The notes under the pieces are model-generated. The model was not told where the DNA came from, searched no databases, and was given only the letters and a program-made list of their open reading frames with translations. Shown piece by piece: positions 37,129 through 49,599 of a stretch of DNA of 64,000 bases (position 1 is its first letter; every line of letters starts with the position of its first letter). A program made the position numbers and the translations under genes. The stretch is from contig NC_068983.1 in NCBI RefSeq assembly GCF_001194135.2, positions 152,894,273-152,958,272 of the forward strand. The letters run 5' to 3'. The stretch is from Octopus bimaculoides (taxonomy: Eukaryota).

Positions 37129-38508
37129 GTAAGAATTTGATATCTGTTGTAACTAACGGGAACATTAAAAATTGTTCCCGTTATTTGACGGCATTTACTT
37201 TCCTGCAAAATTAACGAGGAAAGCAAACTTGATTTGAACTTATATCGTGAAGAACCAGATTAAGTACACAACGAATTGTACCTGACAGTTTAACACTACA
37301 TATCCAACATTCACCTCCCGTTATATAAAAATTAGAAGTATAAAATCTAGTTTATTCGACTAAATAAATGTATTCATCATTTGACAAATAACTTGCTCAT
37401 TACAACAGAGTGTTTCATTTTCATTTTATGGCTTAAAATATCGCGTTTAGATATCGAAACCGTATTGCAGCAACGGTTTATAATTTGAGTACTTCTTCCC
37501 TTGGAAAGCTTAAGGTATCCAACATTAAAAGCTATCCACCGATTGATAACCTATAGCTTTTTCATTTATTCATCTAAGTAGAACCAATCATTGTTGTTCA
37601 CATACACAAATGCCATCGGTTATATACAAATTGTTAAGTTATTCCATGCTGTTTTCTCAGATCTTACCGATATTTAAATCCTAAATATTTTAAGGTATAT
37701 TTTCGTTTAGAATGAAAATGTTCCATGGACTTAGATACAAAGTAATCGATAGTTTTACTCCACTTTAAAAGGATTTGTTTCCTCTTTTGTGCTTAAGGGT
37801 ATATTTGTACATATGTGGCTACAAAAGTTCTAAGGTTTAACTGCTAGAGAATTAGCTACATAACCTTTAGATATATGCCGTTATTTCTGTTATCTATTGT
37901 CGCATATATTTTAGGATAAGTAACTTTAAAAAGAATTTCCGATCATCCAAAGGTACATATCGACCAACCAGTTTTCTATAATTCCTTCGTGATGCATTTG
38001 AAATGGATGAAATAAGACTTAGCAAACAAACATATTGAAGATCATTCATTGTGTTTCGACAGAGTTTCGTAAAATATAATTCCTAAAAGACTACCAACTT
38101 TTGGCAAAATACGAGAAAAAAAATGTTGCATAAAAATGGCATTACAATCCAAAAGAAATCAAACCTGAAACAACAAAAAAAAATAATAATAATAATAGGA
38201 TGTAGTATCTGATCAGAAAAACTGAAGAAAATGCTTCGGGACAATTGTCGTGTGTAACGCATAATTCAAGATTATTTGTAAAGTTTCAAATTCAGCGACT
38301 TAAATGGAAAAGAAGAGCTATCGGTTTCTAGTAGGGTTAGTACTTTACTTTTTCTTCAATTTATTTCTGATGGAAAACTAATTAAATATCGTTTGTGAGC
38401 AATTACTTTCTTAGATAAAGTATTACTGATCATAAGTAAGAAAAAAATTCAGGGCATTTCATATTATTGGTAGACGATATTTTTGCAATATTTCTATCTC
38501 CTCTAAAG

Positions 38509-38720
38509 ATGGCCAGCTGGCAGAATTGGTAAGCACCTCGGACACAATGCTTTGCAGCATTTCACCCCTCTTTCTGCTCTGAGTTCAAATTCCGTCGAAG
38601 TCGACTTTGCCTTTCATCATTTAAGGGGGCTATAAAATAAGTACTGACGGAACACTGCAGTCGATGTCATCGATTTTACCTTTCCACTAAAATAGTAGCC
38701 TTGTGCCAAAATTTGAAACT
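38509..38720 (+). mobile_element. tRNA-derived SINE family B with TSD
   Basis: A box TGGCAGAATTGG and B box GAGTTCAAATTCC. Flanking direct repeat AATATTTCTATC at 38487-38498 and 38721-38732. Confidence 0.82.
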
Positions 38721-40460
38721 AATATTTCTATCCCTTCAAAGGTTCAGTCACCTAGAATGTGATTGACATACTGTGAATATAACTATTCTATTTGGATATA
38801 TCGTTTCCTGTCTGGACTCAACTAATTTAATGTCTAAAATATAATAACGCTTTTAGGCACTAAAAGATCCCCGTTCGAACACAAGCATAGGATACAGTGA
38901 TATCTAGGAATAAGGCACCTGACGATGATTGAGAACAAACAATTCTAAAAGTCTTATGTACGTGTATGTGTCTGTGTGTATATGTCAATATTGAAAATAT
39001 ACATACTCAGTATGTAATTAATATTATCGAAAATTGTATTCATATTTTAGAGATAAATAAGAATATCAGTCGCAAATTACTTCATTGTTGTTAGTTTCTA
39101 TATTTAATATTGATATTTTACTATCAGTTTTTATGCTGGGAGTAGAAATAATGAAATCTGTACTTTGCAACGGTCACTTCATCTTTTTGGCGTTGTGTAA
39201 GGAATTGCATCACTGTTTAACACTACAACTTGGTTTATAGAAAGCAGTAGCGGAATCTGATAATGCGCCAATATTCAGAATCTGGTGTTAACTCAATTAT
39301 ACTTTGCTTCTTTTACTCAGCATTCCTTGAATTATGGTTGGTTTCCCCTCTTCCACCGCTGCTCTTTTCCACCGACTAAATATCATCAGAGGAAATTATC
39401 CCCTGTTCATTGACATTGTCATGTGTCGTATTACTTAGACCAATTTAAAATAATGGACTTTGAAAAATATAATTCAGAAGCAAACATTCTTCGTGGTGTT
39501 TAGTTACGTGTTTTGATCACTCAACATAAAGTCTTGCCTGGGCTAACAAAAGTTTTACCAATAAAATAATTATCGGTAGTGTCGCTTCGAAGATTAATAA
39601 AACATTAATCTTGACTTACTGTGTGTTGTCTCCCACCAATATGAGACATTTCTAATTTTGTTGAAAATCTGGCAGACAATGTTAAACTCAGATGCATGCT
39701 GGATAAATTAGGATTTTTAGATGACTCAGCTCCTTTGCTTAAGATTACTTAATGTAAATTTTACAGTTGGCTTCCTTCACATTTCCTCCATCGGGTCCTT
39801 GTGTCAATATAAGACATTATACATTTATTTATGAGACAAGAACAATAAGATTTCGGTCTAGTGAGGTTCGAAGTTTTATCATGATGTAAAAACACAAGCA
39901 CATATGTGTGTGTGTTTGAGTGTTTGAAATTGTGCATACGTGAGAATGTGTGTGTATGTAACTACGGAGTATGACATTTTGTTTCTAATTAATTGTCTGA
40001 AGTGTATATTATTGAATCTTTTTATTGGCATTGTCACGAGTTAAATGAACCTGAGAAAACAACGAAAGTTAACTGAAAATATTTTCCACTTGTGTTTATA
40101 AAAGACCGGCTTGTTTCTCCCAAAGCAATAATTTATATTACTTATTACGGTGCAAACGAAAGACTATTCCTTTACAGGCTGAAAAATTACGTATAATATA
40201 TTTTTTCCTGTTTGTACTTCACGCAAAAAAAATATATAGATCTGTACATCAATGTGGAAAAATATTTGCTGGATGTATCCTCAACAACAAACTAGCAATT
40301 TACTTATAACTCTTCTTACGAGAGGTAAAACGTATACCTTGTGGTTTTAAAATGAATCTATGACACCCACAATAACTAAAGTCATAATAATTTATACCAA
40401 AAGCTTAATTCGGCTCTAAAATATGCTAGTCAATATACTACCATCTCGGGTGACTAATAT

Positions 40461-40632
40461 TGCTTTGAATTTTGGCACATGGCCAGCAATCCAGAGAGGA
40501 GAGATACTTATTTTATCGACCCAGAATGCATAAAAGGTAAAGTTGACCTCGGCGGTATTTGAACTCAGAAGGCAGACACAATGCCGTTCATCAGTTGGCT
40601 TGGCGTGTTAAACATTCTGCCAGCTCCCTCCT
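40461..40632 (-). mobile_element. SINE family B (internally shortened)
   Basis: Reverse complement of family B with imperfect flanking repeat TCGGGT...TAATATT. Confidence 0.75.
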
Positions 40633-40981
40633 TCATCGGGTTCTTAATATTTACGTTTCAAAAGTCCTTAGAGTGATTTAGTGTATGTTTTTATTACAAG
40701 TTACTCATTACTTTCTGTCTTCACTAGATTACTGACAAATTGCGTACCCTATGCATTTCTCTTCTGTGAGAGTTTACATTTCACTTCTATAACTACATTT
40801 TGATTATATAAATTTCAACAAATACAATTAAAATAGAATGATCGTCGAAACTTGAGAGATTCCGTTATCCAGAGTGTAAATGTGTATTATCCTGAGGCAA
40901 TAGAAGATTTGATAGTAGCACACCCACCATAATCACATACATACATAAATACATGCAAATCTAGGTACACGCACAAACACA

Positions 40982-41201
40982 AATATTTGTTTCAATTTGT
41001 GACACAAACTCAGCAGTTGCGGGGAAAGGGCTAAGCCGATTAAATCGACCCCAGTGCTCAAATGGTACGTAATTTATCGATTTCGAAATGATGAAAGACA
41101 AAAAAAGACCTCGGCGGAAATTGAATTTAGAATGTAGAGACTGTCGAAATGCCACGAAGCATTTCGCCCTGCGTGCTAACGTTCCTGCTAGCTCACTGCC
41201 T
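40982..41201 (-). mobile_element. SINE family B
   Basis: Reverse complement of family B head, core and tail. Confidence 0.8.
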
Positions 41202-41470
41202 TGTACAAAATCTTTCACGATGCGTCAGATATAATAAGGCGTTATCTATTTCACATGTCTCTATTTTGCGTGTAACCACTAATTCCCATCAACTTAAATT
41301 CTGTCATTCAGTATTTCCTGGTCAATAGAATTATACTGATTCAGTGTGGTATTTGACAGAGCAATTACAACGTCGAACGTGTTTTGCGATATCTTTGCCT
41401 TCTGCTCACCAACATCTACGTTGATACTAGTTCCAATTTGTACCCACCTTTTCTTTCTTTGTACATCCAT

Positions 41471-41580
41471 GCGGACTCGCGGTCATAGGATCACGGTTTC
41501 GATTCCCAGTCCGGGCGTTGNNNNNNNNNNTCGGATCACCTGGAACCCTCGACGTCTTAAGCGACGGAGTGCCAACAACA
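41471..41580 (+). mobile_element. SINE family A, centre collapsed into a 10-N gap
   Basis: Head and tail match 30972-31355. Confidence 0.8.
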
Positions 41581-42086
41581 TCATTTGCATGTAGCAGGGA
41601 TACTTGCATTTATGGACAACTCGCATGCTTGTATTTCTTAAGAGAAGAAGCCTTATGCAAATAGGAACCTCCGAGAGAAATCTCTGCTTCGCAATGATCA
41701 AAGGTAGTTCTAGATAAGTTGAATTTGTTTGCGTCAGGTTAAAACGCAACTTGATGAGAATTAGTGCCAAATGTGTTGAAAAAATATATATTCCATAGAA
41801 AATTTTTTCTATACAAGTTAATTCTCTACAGATTATTTACTGAGAAAAAAATGTAAAAGAATATATATATTTGTATTCATAGGGTTCTCCCTGCAGCAAT
41901 CCTATCAATGCACACATTTAAAATATAGAGGTCTGTGAATAGAAAATAACTCGCTATTATTCTTTATTGTTAGTAAGTTAACGAGTAATTTCATATTTAG
42001 TTCATTTCTTGTTGGCTGTATGTGAAGACTAGCGAGAGAAAATAACTGCATAGAATTGCAGATATTTCCTGTTTGATGTAGGTAAC

Positions 42087-42742
42087 GGATCTATTTTAAA
42101 ACGGGGGCGCCAGTTTTCATTTATGTTTTATGTAGTGTTTTTGGTACGGAAAGACTTTCAAACTTCGTATACTTATCTATTTTGTGTTATAGAACAGAAA
42201 AATATTTTTGTATTCGAATTTATTTCATGTAAAAAATTGTCTTATTTCGATAATTTCTACTAATCACTGACGTCTATTCAGTTGAAAACAGTTAGCGCTG
42301 TAACGGTGTATATCGTATTAATACCCTAACCCTAACTAGACTGTTAACCGTAACCGTAACCCTAACCCTAAAACTAACCCTAACTCTAGAATCCGAACTC
42401 TAAATTTGTTACACACATAGATACGAACAGCGTAATTTATTATATAAACAATATATGCGTATAAATTACGATTAAACCGGATGAAATATGTCACAGGGAA
42501 AAACATTTTTATGACCGCCCAGCAGTAACTCTATTGTGCTGAATAGACGTCAGTGATTGGTTGAAATTACAGAAATACGACAACTTTAGCATGGAATAAC
42601 TTGCGAATTCCTTTTTTTTTGTTAAGAAGACTAAGAGTAAAAGATGTTTTATATGACACATTCTACCAGTGTCCCAAGTTTCAAAGTGTTTCGTTAGTGT
42701 TTCGTTAAGAAAATACTGGCGCCCCCGTTTTAAAATAGATCC
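42087..42742 (+). mobile_element. MITE, 656 bp, 28-bp TIR starting GGATC, 8-bp TSD (Merlin-like by end features)
   Basis: Perfect TIR GGATCTATTTTAAAACGGGGGCGCCAGT and TSD TAGGTAAC (42079-86, 42743-50). Internal 20-bp inverted repeat and (CCCTAA)n-like core. Confidence 0.93.
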
Positions 42743-43022
42743 TAGGTAACTAAAATTTTACACATTTATTTATTTCCATTTTTTTTGTTTAGCATATCAG
42801 GAGAGAAATTGGTTTGGATATATTTTTGTAGCAGACGTTGAGGTTTTCTGCTAATGGAAGTTACGTGTTCAGATACAGATCAACTGCATATTAACTCATG
42901 GCTTATATCTCACACTTTTATTGCTCATATCGTTTATATACTCTGAGAACAAACACACACACATACACACACACACACATACATACACACATACATAATA
43001 CATACATACATACATACATACA

Positions 43023-44678
43023 TGATAATGGTGGCTGCCCCCTCGTTATCGAGTATGGCCATTGCATGAGGCTTAACTGTTAACGATGCTATGATGGAAA
43101 GTGACTTTTTAGCCAAGCTAAAGATCTACAATGTCCCGTACAGAAATGGCATCCAAAACCTTTACTGGCAATAGCTGGCTGTTGTTGTAATTGGGCTTCA
43201 CGTACCTTTGCATGTCGTTTAAGTCCTCCCGCCAAATCACACTCCCTTCTACATGCCTGACAAATATGATTAATATGGTGTGTAGCACCACCACCAGCGG
43301 CCTGGTTGTCAATCATCGGTCTCGCTTTATGACTACGAAGATAATTCTTGAGCCCAGTTTAACCGAGGCAGGTTCTTGCACAGACACTGCATGTCAGCGT
43401 CATAGGAAAACCCTTACCATCTGGAAGTGCAACAGCGATGCCCTTCCTGACATCCCTCCTTACATTCTCATGCGCAACTCGAGATTTCTAAAACTAGCTG
43501 TCCCCTCCTATACAATCCTTCTCCACCTGCTACGGTCAATAGCTATGCCCCCTCCATGTGTCAGGAGGGGTGTTAGCATCTATCAAGGAAGCCTTCAGCA
43601 AGTCTTTATACCTCTTTTTTGGATTATGTGGACGTCGCTCTCCTTTAGCTAATTCTGCATAAAAATGTTGTTTTGTCATCCTTGAGCCTTTGCTTCATGA
43701 CAAAAACTTCTATACTTTCACACTGAGAGCTTTCCAATATCTCAAGATCACTGATGCAGTCCCCCCACTTAATGCCATAGATCCGTCTGAGACATATCTG
43801 ATGGAAACGTGGTATCAATATGTGACCCAGGTCTCGCAGGCATAAAGACGAGATGAGAGCACACACGCCTAGTACACCTTTATCTTTGTCTTCCTGCATA
43901 TGTCTCACCGATTCTAGAGGCGCCTTTCTAGCTTTCCGAAAGCATCACTTGCTTTCCTAATTCTGTATGGAATCTCATTATCCAAATTGCTATGTCTATT
44001 AACAGTGCTGCCCAGGTAAACAAACTGATCAACTACACCATGTCGTTTACCATACACATAGTTATTTAGTTCACTATACTGCTTACCAAGGGTATATTGG
44101 TACATGACAAGAGATTTATTGAGACTAACTGTCAATCCTCAGGCAGTGCAAGCATCAGAGATTGCATTCAAAATGTGTTGCATATCCATCTCTGTGCGCT
44201 AATAGATCACAATCATCTGCATACAAAAGGCCTCCTATGATAGAGGTAAATAACTTTGATTTTGCAGCAAAGCGCCTGATATTAAATATGCTGCCAGAGG
44301 TTCGATAATAGATGTAAACACCATATCTGCAGCTTCTGAACGCTATACAGAAAACCATCGCAAGGTCGGTGCCAGAATATCCTCCTGTTTCAGACTATTT
44401 TGTATTGAGATGTGCTCCGACTTTTTACTTCTAACATTAACCCTACCTTTCATGTCTTCATGAAAAGACCTAATCAAAGCAAGGAACTTTTCAGGACAAC
44501 CACGTTTCTGGAGGACTTTCCACTGCGCATTTCTATTAACGGTATCAAAGGCTTTTGTCAGATCGACAAAAACCTCATATAAATCCAGACCCTGTTCTAC
44601 ACACTTCTCCTGAAGCTGTCTAGATGAGATCACATCAGCAGTGCCACGCCGCACACTAAATCCATATTGACTTTCTGG
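43023..44678 (-). mobile_element. 5'-truncated RTE LINE
   Basis: PESQYGF, VFVDLTKAFDTVNR, LLYADD (YADD at 44223-44212), FVYLGS, RFHQICLRRI, and C-terminal C2H2-like fingers. The 3' end runs into (TATG)n. Several frameshifts. Confidence 0.92.
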
Positions 44679-45206
44679 CTTACAATCAGAAAACAGAAGG
44701 GTTTATTATAGCAGCCTTAGATCAATACCTATCTATAAGGAACTACCATGCCAACATATCAAAGAACAGCAGCTCCCCAATCTGTTGTGGATGTCAACAA
44801 CAAAACGAGGCTATTGATCATTTTGTATCCACGTGTAGTTTCCTTGTGCCTACAGAGTATCTCAACGGGCAAGATAGAAGTGCACAATATATTCACTGAG
44901 TAATTTGCAAAAAATCTGGACTTGGCTCACGTAAGAACTAGTGAGAACCACCTCCAGTGCTTGAAAATGATCATATCACACTCCTCTGGAACTTTACCAT
45001 TCAAACTGACAGAAAGATAGATGCAAACAGGCCAGACATCATATTGAAAGACTTCAGACAAAAATCATACCTTCTCATTGATACAAATGTCCAAATCGAT
45101 ATAAATGTATCTGTCAAGAACTACCAAAGACTGAGCAAGTATAAAGATCTTGAAATATAAATTAGAAAAATGTGGAACCTGAAGACTAAAACAATACCTG
45201 TTGTCA

Positions 45207-45210
<4 letters not shown>
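44673..45210 (+). mobile_element. R4/Dong-like LINE fragment (CCHC + RLE endonuclease)
   Basis: EGFIIAALDQ..RNY; LWNFTIQTDRKIDANRPDII; KYKDLEI..MWNLKTKTIPVVI, ending at (ATT)n. Confidence 0.85.
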
Positions 45211-45260
<50 letters not shown>

Positions 45261-45379
45261 GATTGTTGTTGTTGTTGTTGTTGTTATTGTTGTTGTTTTT
45301 ATTATCATATGGAAAAACAGGTTATTTTGCTGAGTATGATGGAAAGTATCATCTTTCCACAGCCAGTAGACTAAGTTGA

Positions 45380-45620
45380 CACTTGTTTACTGATCATGCT
45401 TCAATAACCCTGTGAAGAATTGTTGCATTCCTAAGCAATGCTGTGTTATGTAGGTGTTCTATCTTCACACTTGCACCAATCTTTTTCAGCCATGTTGGTA
45501 GTTGAGTGCTGATACTTCCAAGTACACCAATTACTATTGGAATCACTTCTAGTCTCTACAGTGACCACAACCTTCGTATTTCCGATTTTAAATCGTCACA
45601 GTTATTTATTTTTGACATGA
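45380..45620 (-). mobile_element. R4/Dong-like RLE C-terminal fragment
   Basis: KINNCDDLKSEIRRLWSL..VIPIVIGVLGSISTQLPTWLKKIG. Confidence 0.7.
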
Positions 45621-45877
45621 GAACAGAGCAAACCCCAATAACTGCTCTGCTTAGGACAGCTAGGCTATTGAAATTGATAGTTGGATGTTGAATGTCTCCC
45701 ACGATAATTAGCAACCAAGTATCAAAGCATATAATGTGCGAAAGAAGCTTATAATGTGCAGAATCTACCAGAACAAACAGGCCTGGGTGTTCTGAGAAGT
45801 GAAACAATGATAACTAAAACATCATCATCAACAAAAACAACAACACCACCACCACCAACAACAACAAATATAATAGC

Positions 45878-47260
45878 ATAAGAGCACGCATTAAGGACTA
45901 ATTGGATAAAAGCCAAAATAGACAAAAACCAGGTAGATTCCCCAAAGTAGATTATGCAAATCTAAGAGGAAACCGTTACTCATAGTGCGTGAATGTAGCA
46001 TGTTGGCACAGAATGAATACAAAAAGACATATAACAATCTAAAGAGAAAGCAATGCACTGCGAACTTTATAGAGAGAGGGATTTGAACATGCTGATAAAT
46101 GGTATGAACATGAACCCATTAAGGTACTAGAAAGTAAGAAATACAAGATGTTGCGGGTCTCTAACATTCAGACTGACAGAGTAATAGAAGCTAGAAGGGA
46201 TCTTGTTCAAAACAGGGGCACCAGTATTTTCTTAACGAAACACTTTGAAACTTGGGACACTGGTAGAATGTGTCATATAAAACATCTTTTTCTCTTAGTC
46301 TTCTTAACAAAAAAACGTACATCGCAAGTTATTTCATGTTAAAGTTGTCGTATTTCTGTAATTTCAACCAATGACTTACGTCCATTCAGCCGTAAAAATT
46401 AAGTGCTGACTACGTAAACAAACGATTCGCGGCGGTGATAAAATTAATATTTCCTTGTTAAAAAATGGCTGAAGCATATTGGCAGTAGCTAATAAACCTT
46501 TCTATTATAGGCACAAGGCATGGTTTTTGAGGGAAGGAGCAAGTCAATTAGGGTTAGGGTTAGGGTTAGGGAAAACGAACACACGTGTGTTGCCTCTGCA
46601 AAATGTCAGAAGTCATGGAGATTAAATACGCTTTACACCGCTTAAAGTGCCAAAGGAGTAAGTGTAAACAGCTGAATACTTGTCAGTGATTGGTTGAAAT
46701 TATCGAAATAAGACAATTTTTTACATGAAATAAATCCTAATACAAAATTTTTTTGTGTTCTATTACACAAAATAGATAAGTATACGAAGTTTGAAAGTCT
46801 TTCGGTAGCAAAAACACTACATAAAACATAAATGAAAACTGGTGCCCCCGTTTTGAACAAGATCCACTAGAAGGCCTGATTTGGAAGCATTAGATAGAGA
46901 GAATAGAAAGTACTAGATAATTGACTTTACAGTCACGGATGATTAAAAAATTTATATGAAAAGTATAAAAGAATAGCAAAGTATCAGGACCTAGCTATTG
47001 AATTACATAGACTATGGAAAGTGCAGGTAAAATGTATCCCAGTAGTTATAAGTGCATTAGAAATTATCCCTATAAATCTGAGCAGATGGAAAGAGTAAAT
47101 TTGCATAAAACGCAGTTTAGTACAGCTGCAGAAAACTGTTAATCGGGACAGCTAGGATACTTAGGAGGGTTCTTGGTATCTAAGGCTACTTGTAGTCCGA
47201 TATTAGGATTCTTTCTGTTCCAACAGTCTAATCTGTTAAGTGTATGTAAATAATAATGAT
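45878..47260 (+). mobile_element. R4/Dong-like LINE 3' part interrupted by a MITE
   Basis: RTNWIKAKID..ETVTH..ECSMLAQNEYK..KWYEHEP..IQTDRVIEARR|PDL..KYQDLAIELHRLWKV..IPVVI..ILRRVLGI*, followed by 3' UTR and (TAA/TGA)n. Confidence 0.85.
46198..46865 (-). mobile_element. Second full copy of the GGATC-TIR MITE (inverted relative to 42087)
   Basis: TIR GGATCTTGTTCAAAAC(A/G)GGGGCACCAGT, TSD GCTAGAAG/ACTAGAAG (7 of 8), (TTAGGG)4 at about 46548-46571, and a SINE-B-like tail inside. Confidence 0.9.
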
Positions 47261-47695
47261 GATGATGATGATGATAATAATAATAATAATAATAATAATA
47301 CTATGTGTATGTGTGAGCGTATATACTCTCATACATATGTATGTCTTTATGTATTAGTTGGAGAAAAAATATTAAATTGAAATTGAAATACATATAAAAC
47401 ATGAAGGCAGTAAAACTTAAAAATATAATGAAAATAAAAATCTTGAAAACCATCAGCACAATTACCAAAGGAAGAAAAAATGCGTAAAATTGAAAATATT
47501 TCGGTGTTGTTTTATCAGTTCCAACTTACATAATACATTAAAATATAGAGACCAAAAAATGAAATGAATGTAATAAATGAGAAATCAATAAATGGTATTT
47601 AATAGTATCATTTCACAAACTCGAGAGTAAATTTTTGAGTGGTGCTTAGAATTACACGAAATTCATTTGGGTGACACATCGTAGAAAATATCAGA

Positions 47696-47705
47696 GCGCA
47701 TGCGC
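47696..47705. promoter_or_regulatory. Perfect NRF1/EWG-type palindrome GCGCATGCGC
   Basis: Motif match only; no other promoter evidence. Confidence 0.2.
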
Positions 47706-47760
47706 ACGCATTCAAGCAAACAGTAACATATCGTGACAGAACGAATAAAAAGGATAGTGA

Positions 47761-48145
47761 GTGGAGGCGTAATGGCCCAGTGGTTGGGGCAGCGGACTCG
47801 CTGTCATAGGATTGCGGTTTCGATTTTCAGACCGGGGTTTGTAAGTTGTTATTGAGCAAAAACACTTAAAGCTCCAGAAGGCCCCGGCAGGGGGTTGTGA
47901 CAAACTTTGCTGTACTTTTTCAACACAACCTTCTCTCACTCTTTCTTCCTGTTTCTGTTGTACCTGTATTTCAAAGAGCCAGCCTTGTCGCACACTGTGT
48001 CACGCTAAATCTCTCCGAGATCTACGTTAAGTCTACACATGACAGTGGACTGCTCTGCCACTTGCACGTTAATTTTAACGAGCAGGCTGTTCCGTTGAAT
48101 GGATCAATTGGAACCCTCGTCGTCGTAACCGAAGAAGTGCCGTAA
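47761..48145 (+). mobile_element. SINE family A
   Basis: Full-length colinear match to 2432 and 30972. Confidence 0.85.
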
Positions 48146-48419
48146 TAGTAAAAGGCTCGTGAGATGCATCGAGGGGAAAATAGAAAAATAAAGAGAGTGA
48201 GAGAAAATGAGAAGGAGAGAGAGATGGCAGCGGGAGAGAAAAGGGGAGCAATAGGAAGATTGAAGAACAGAAATGAAAGTAGAATACGAATTTTAAAGAG
48301 AGAAGCAGAAAAAAATTATCGGAGTCATTCTGATTTAAATCAAATTCATGCAGCCTTCAATTTTGTATCTTCGAACGATGATTATTAAAATTTATGTTTG
48401 CCTCTCTCTCCCTCAGTAC

Positions 48420-48476
<57 letters not shown>

Positions 48477-48501
48477 CGCATGTTTGTGAGTGTCATATAT
48501 A

Positions 48502-48727
48502 CAGGGTGGCCCAAAAGTAGGTTTACAGATATTCATCTATTTCGCATTCGTATATTAACAGTTTAGATATTAATTATAAATAATCTTAATTATAAATGAA
48601 ATACGAAACCATTATTCTATGCTAATTTAGTTAATTGTAAGATACAAATTTAAATGTGTGATAAAATGTTTTAAAAGAAATTGAAGTGTCTACGTGATAG
48701 CTGTAAACCTACATTTGGTCCACCCTA
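48502..48727. mobile_element. Tc1/mariner-type MITE, 226 bp
   Basis: 27-bp TIR CAGGGTGGCCCAAAAGTAGGTTTACAG (3 mismatches to the right end) with TA on both sides (48500-01, 48728-29). Confidence 0.85.
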
Positions 48728-48751
48728 TACACACACACACACACACACACG

Positions 48752-48797
<46 letters not shown>

Positions 48798-49599
48798 GAA
48801 TCACAAAAGGATGTGTGCAGATAAATACGCGTGCGTTTTTAATCATAGTACAGACATAGGCGTATTAGTACATGCTATTATCTATAAGATATTAGAATTA
48901 TGTGCTATTGTAGAAATTACATATCATAATGCATTTCTTCCTGTAACAACATTTTATAGAAGTCTTAGCAATATTCTAGTTGCTCATTATTTCAGTCTTA
49001 TGCATTTACAAATGTGGCAGTATATCACATGCATTCCTTTTATTCACATATTTGTTATCGGTCAATAGGATGTGACTTGGCATTAACGTTCTTAAGTGTC
49101 TGGCGAAATCGATACATTTAACATCTATTTCGAACATAAGCATGGGAAAATATTTTAGAATGCCGCCGCTCTGTTACAATAGGCCTGTACATATTGTTCA
49201 GTGCAGGGTGTGGTGTATTGATATAATGATAGTGAAAAAAGGTGGAAGACGGCTAAAGAATAACGGGGAGGTGGTGGGTTAGGAGGTTTATAAAACAGCT
49301 AGGGCTTAGCCATAAACTCTTGTGACCAAATGTAAGACAAAGAAAGCAAACAATATAACTGTAGGTTAGGGATTTACGAGGAGGGGCTGGAAATTTCTTG
49401 TTTTATAAAAGTGCTGCGTAAGACATAGTTTGATGTCCTACATTCCGAGTTCTTTTAAATGGCTTAGAAAAACTGAAGGACTTGGGTAATAATTGTGTGA
49501 ATCTGAGAAGGGGAATGTATTGAATAATGTCATAATTAATTGATCCTCTTTTATTCTCTTTTACTCAAAACCAGGAACTTTTCAGCACCCTCTCGTAAG

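Noticed and set aside
38890-38960. AAGGCAC-CTGACGA resembling the family D hammerhead start
   Set aside because: No stem II or GAAA follows; at most a remote relic.
46545-46575. (TTAGGG)n as an interstitial telomere or fusion scar
   Set aside because: Only four units, located inside a MITE whose sister copy has the same motif.
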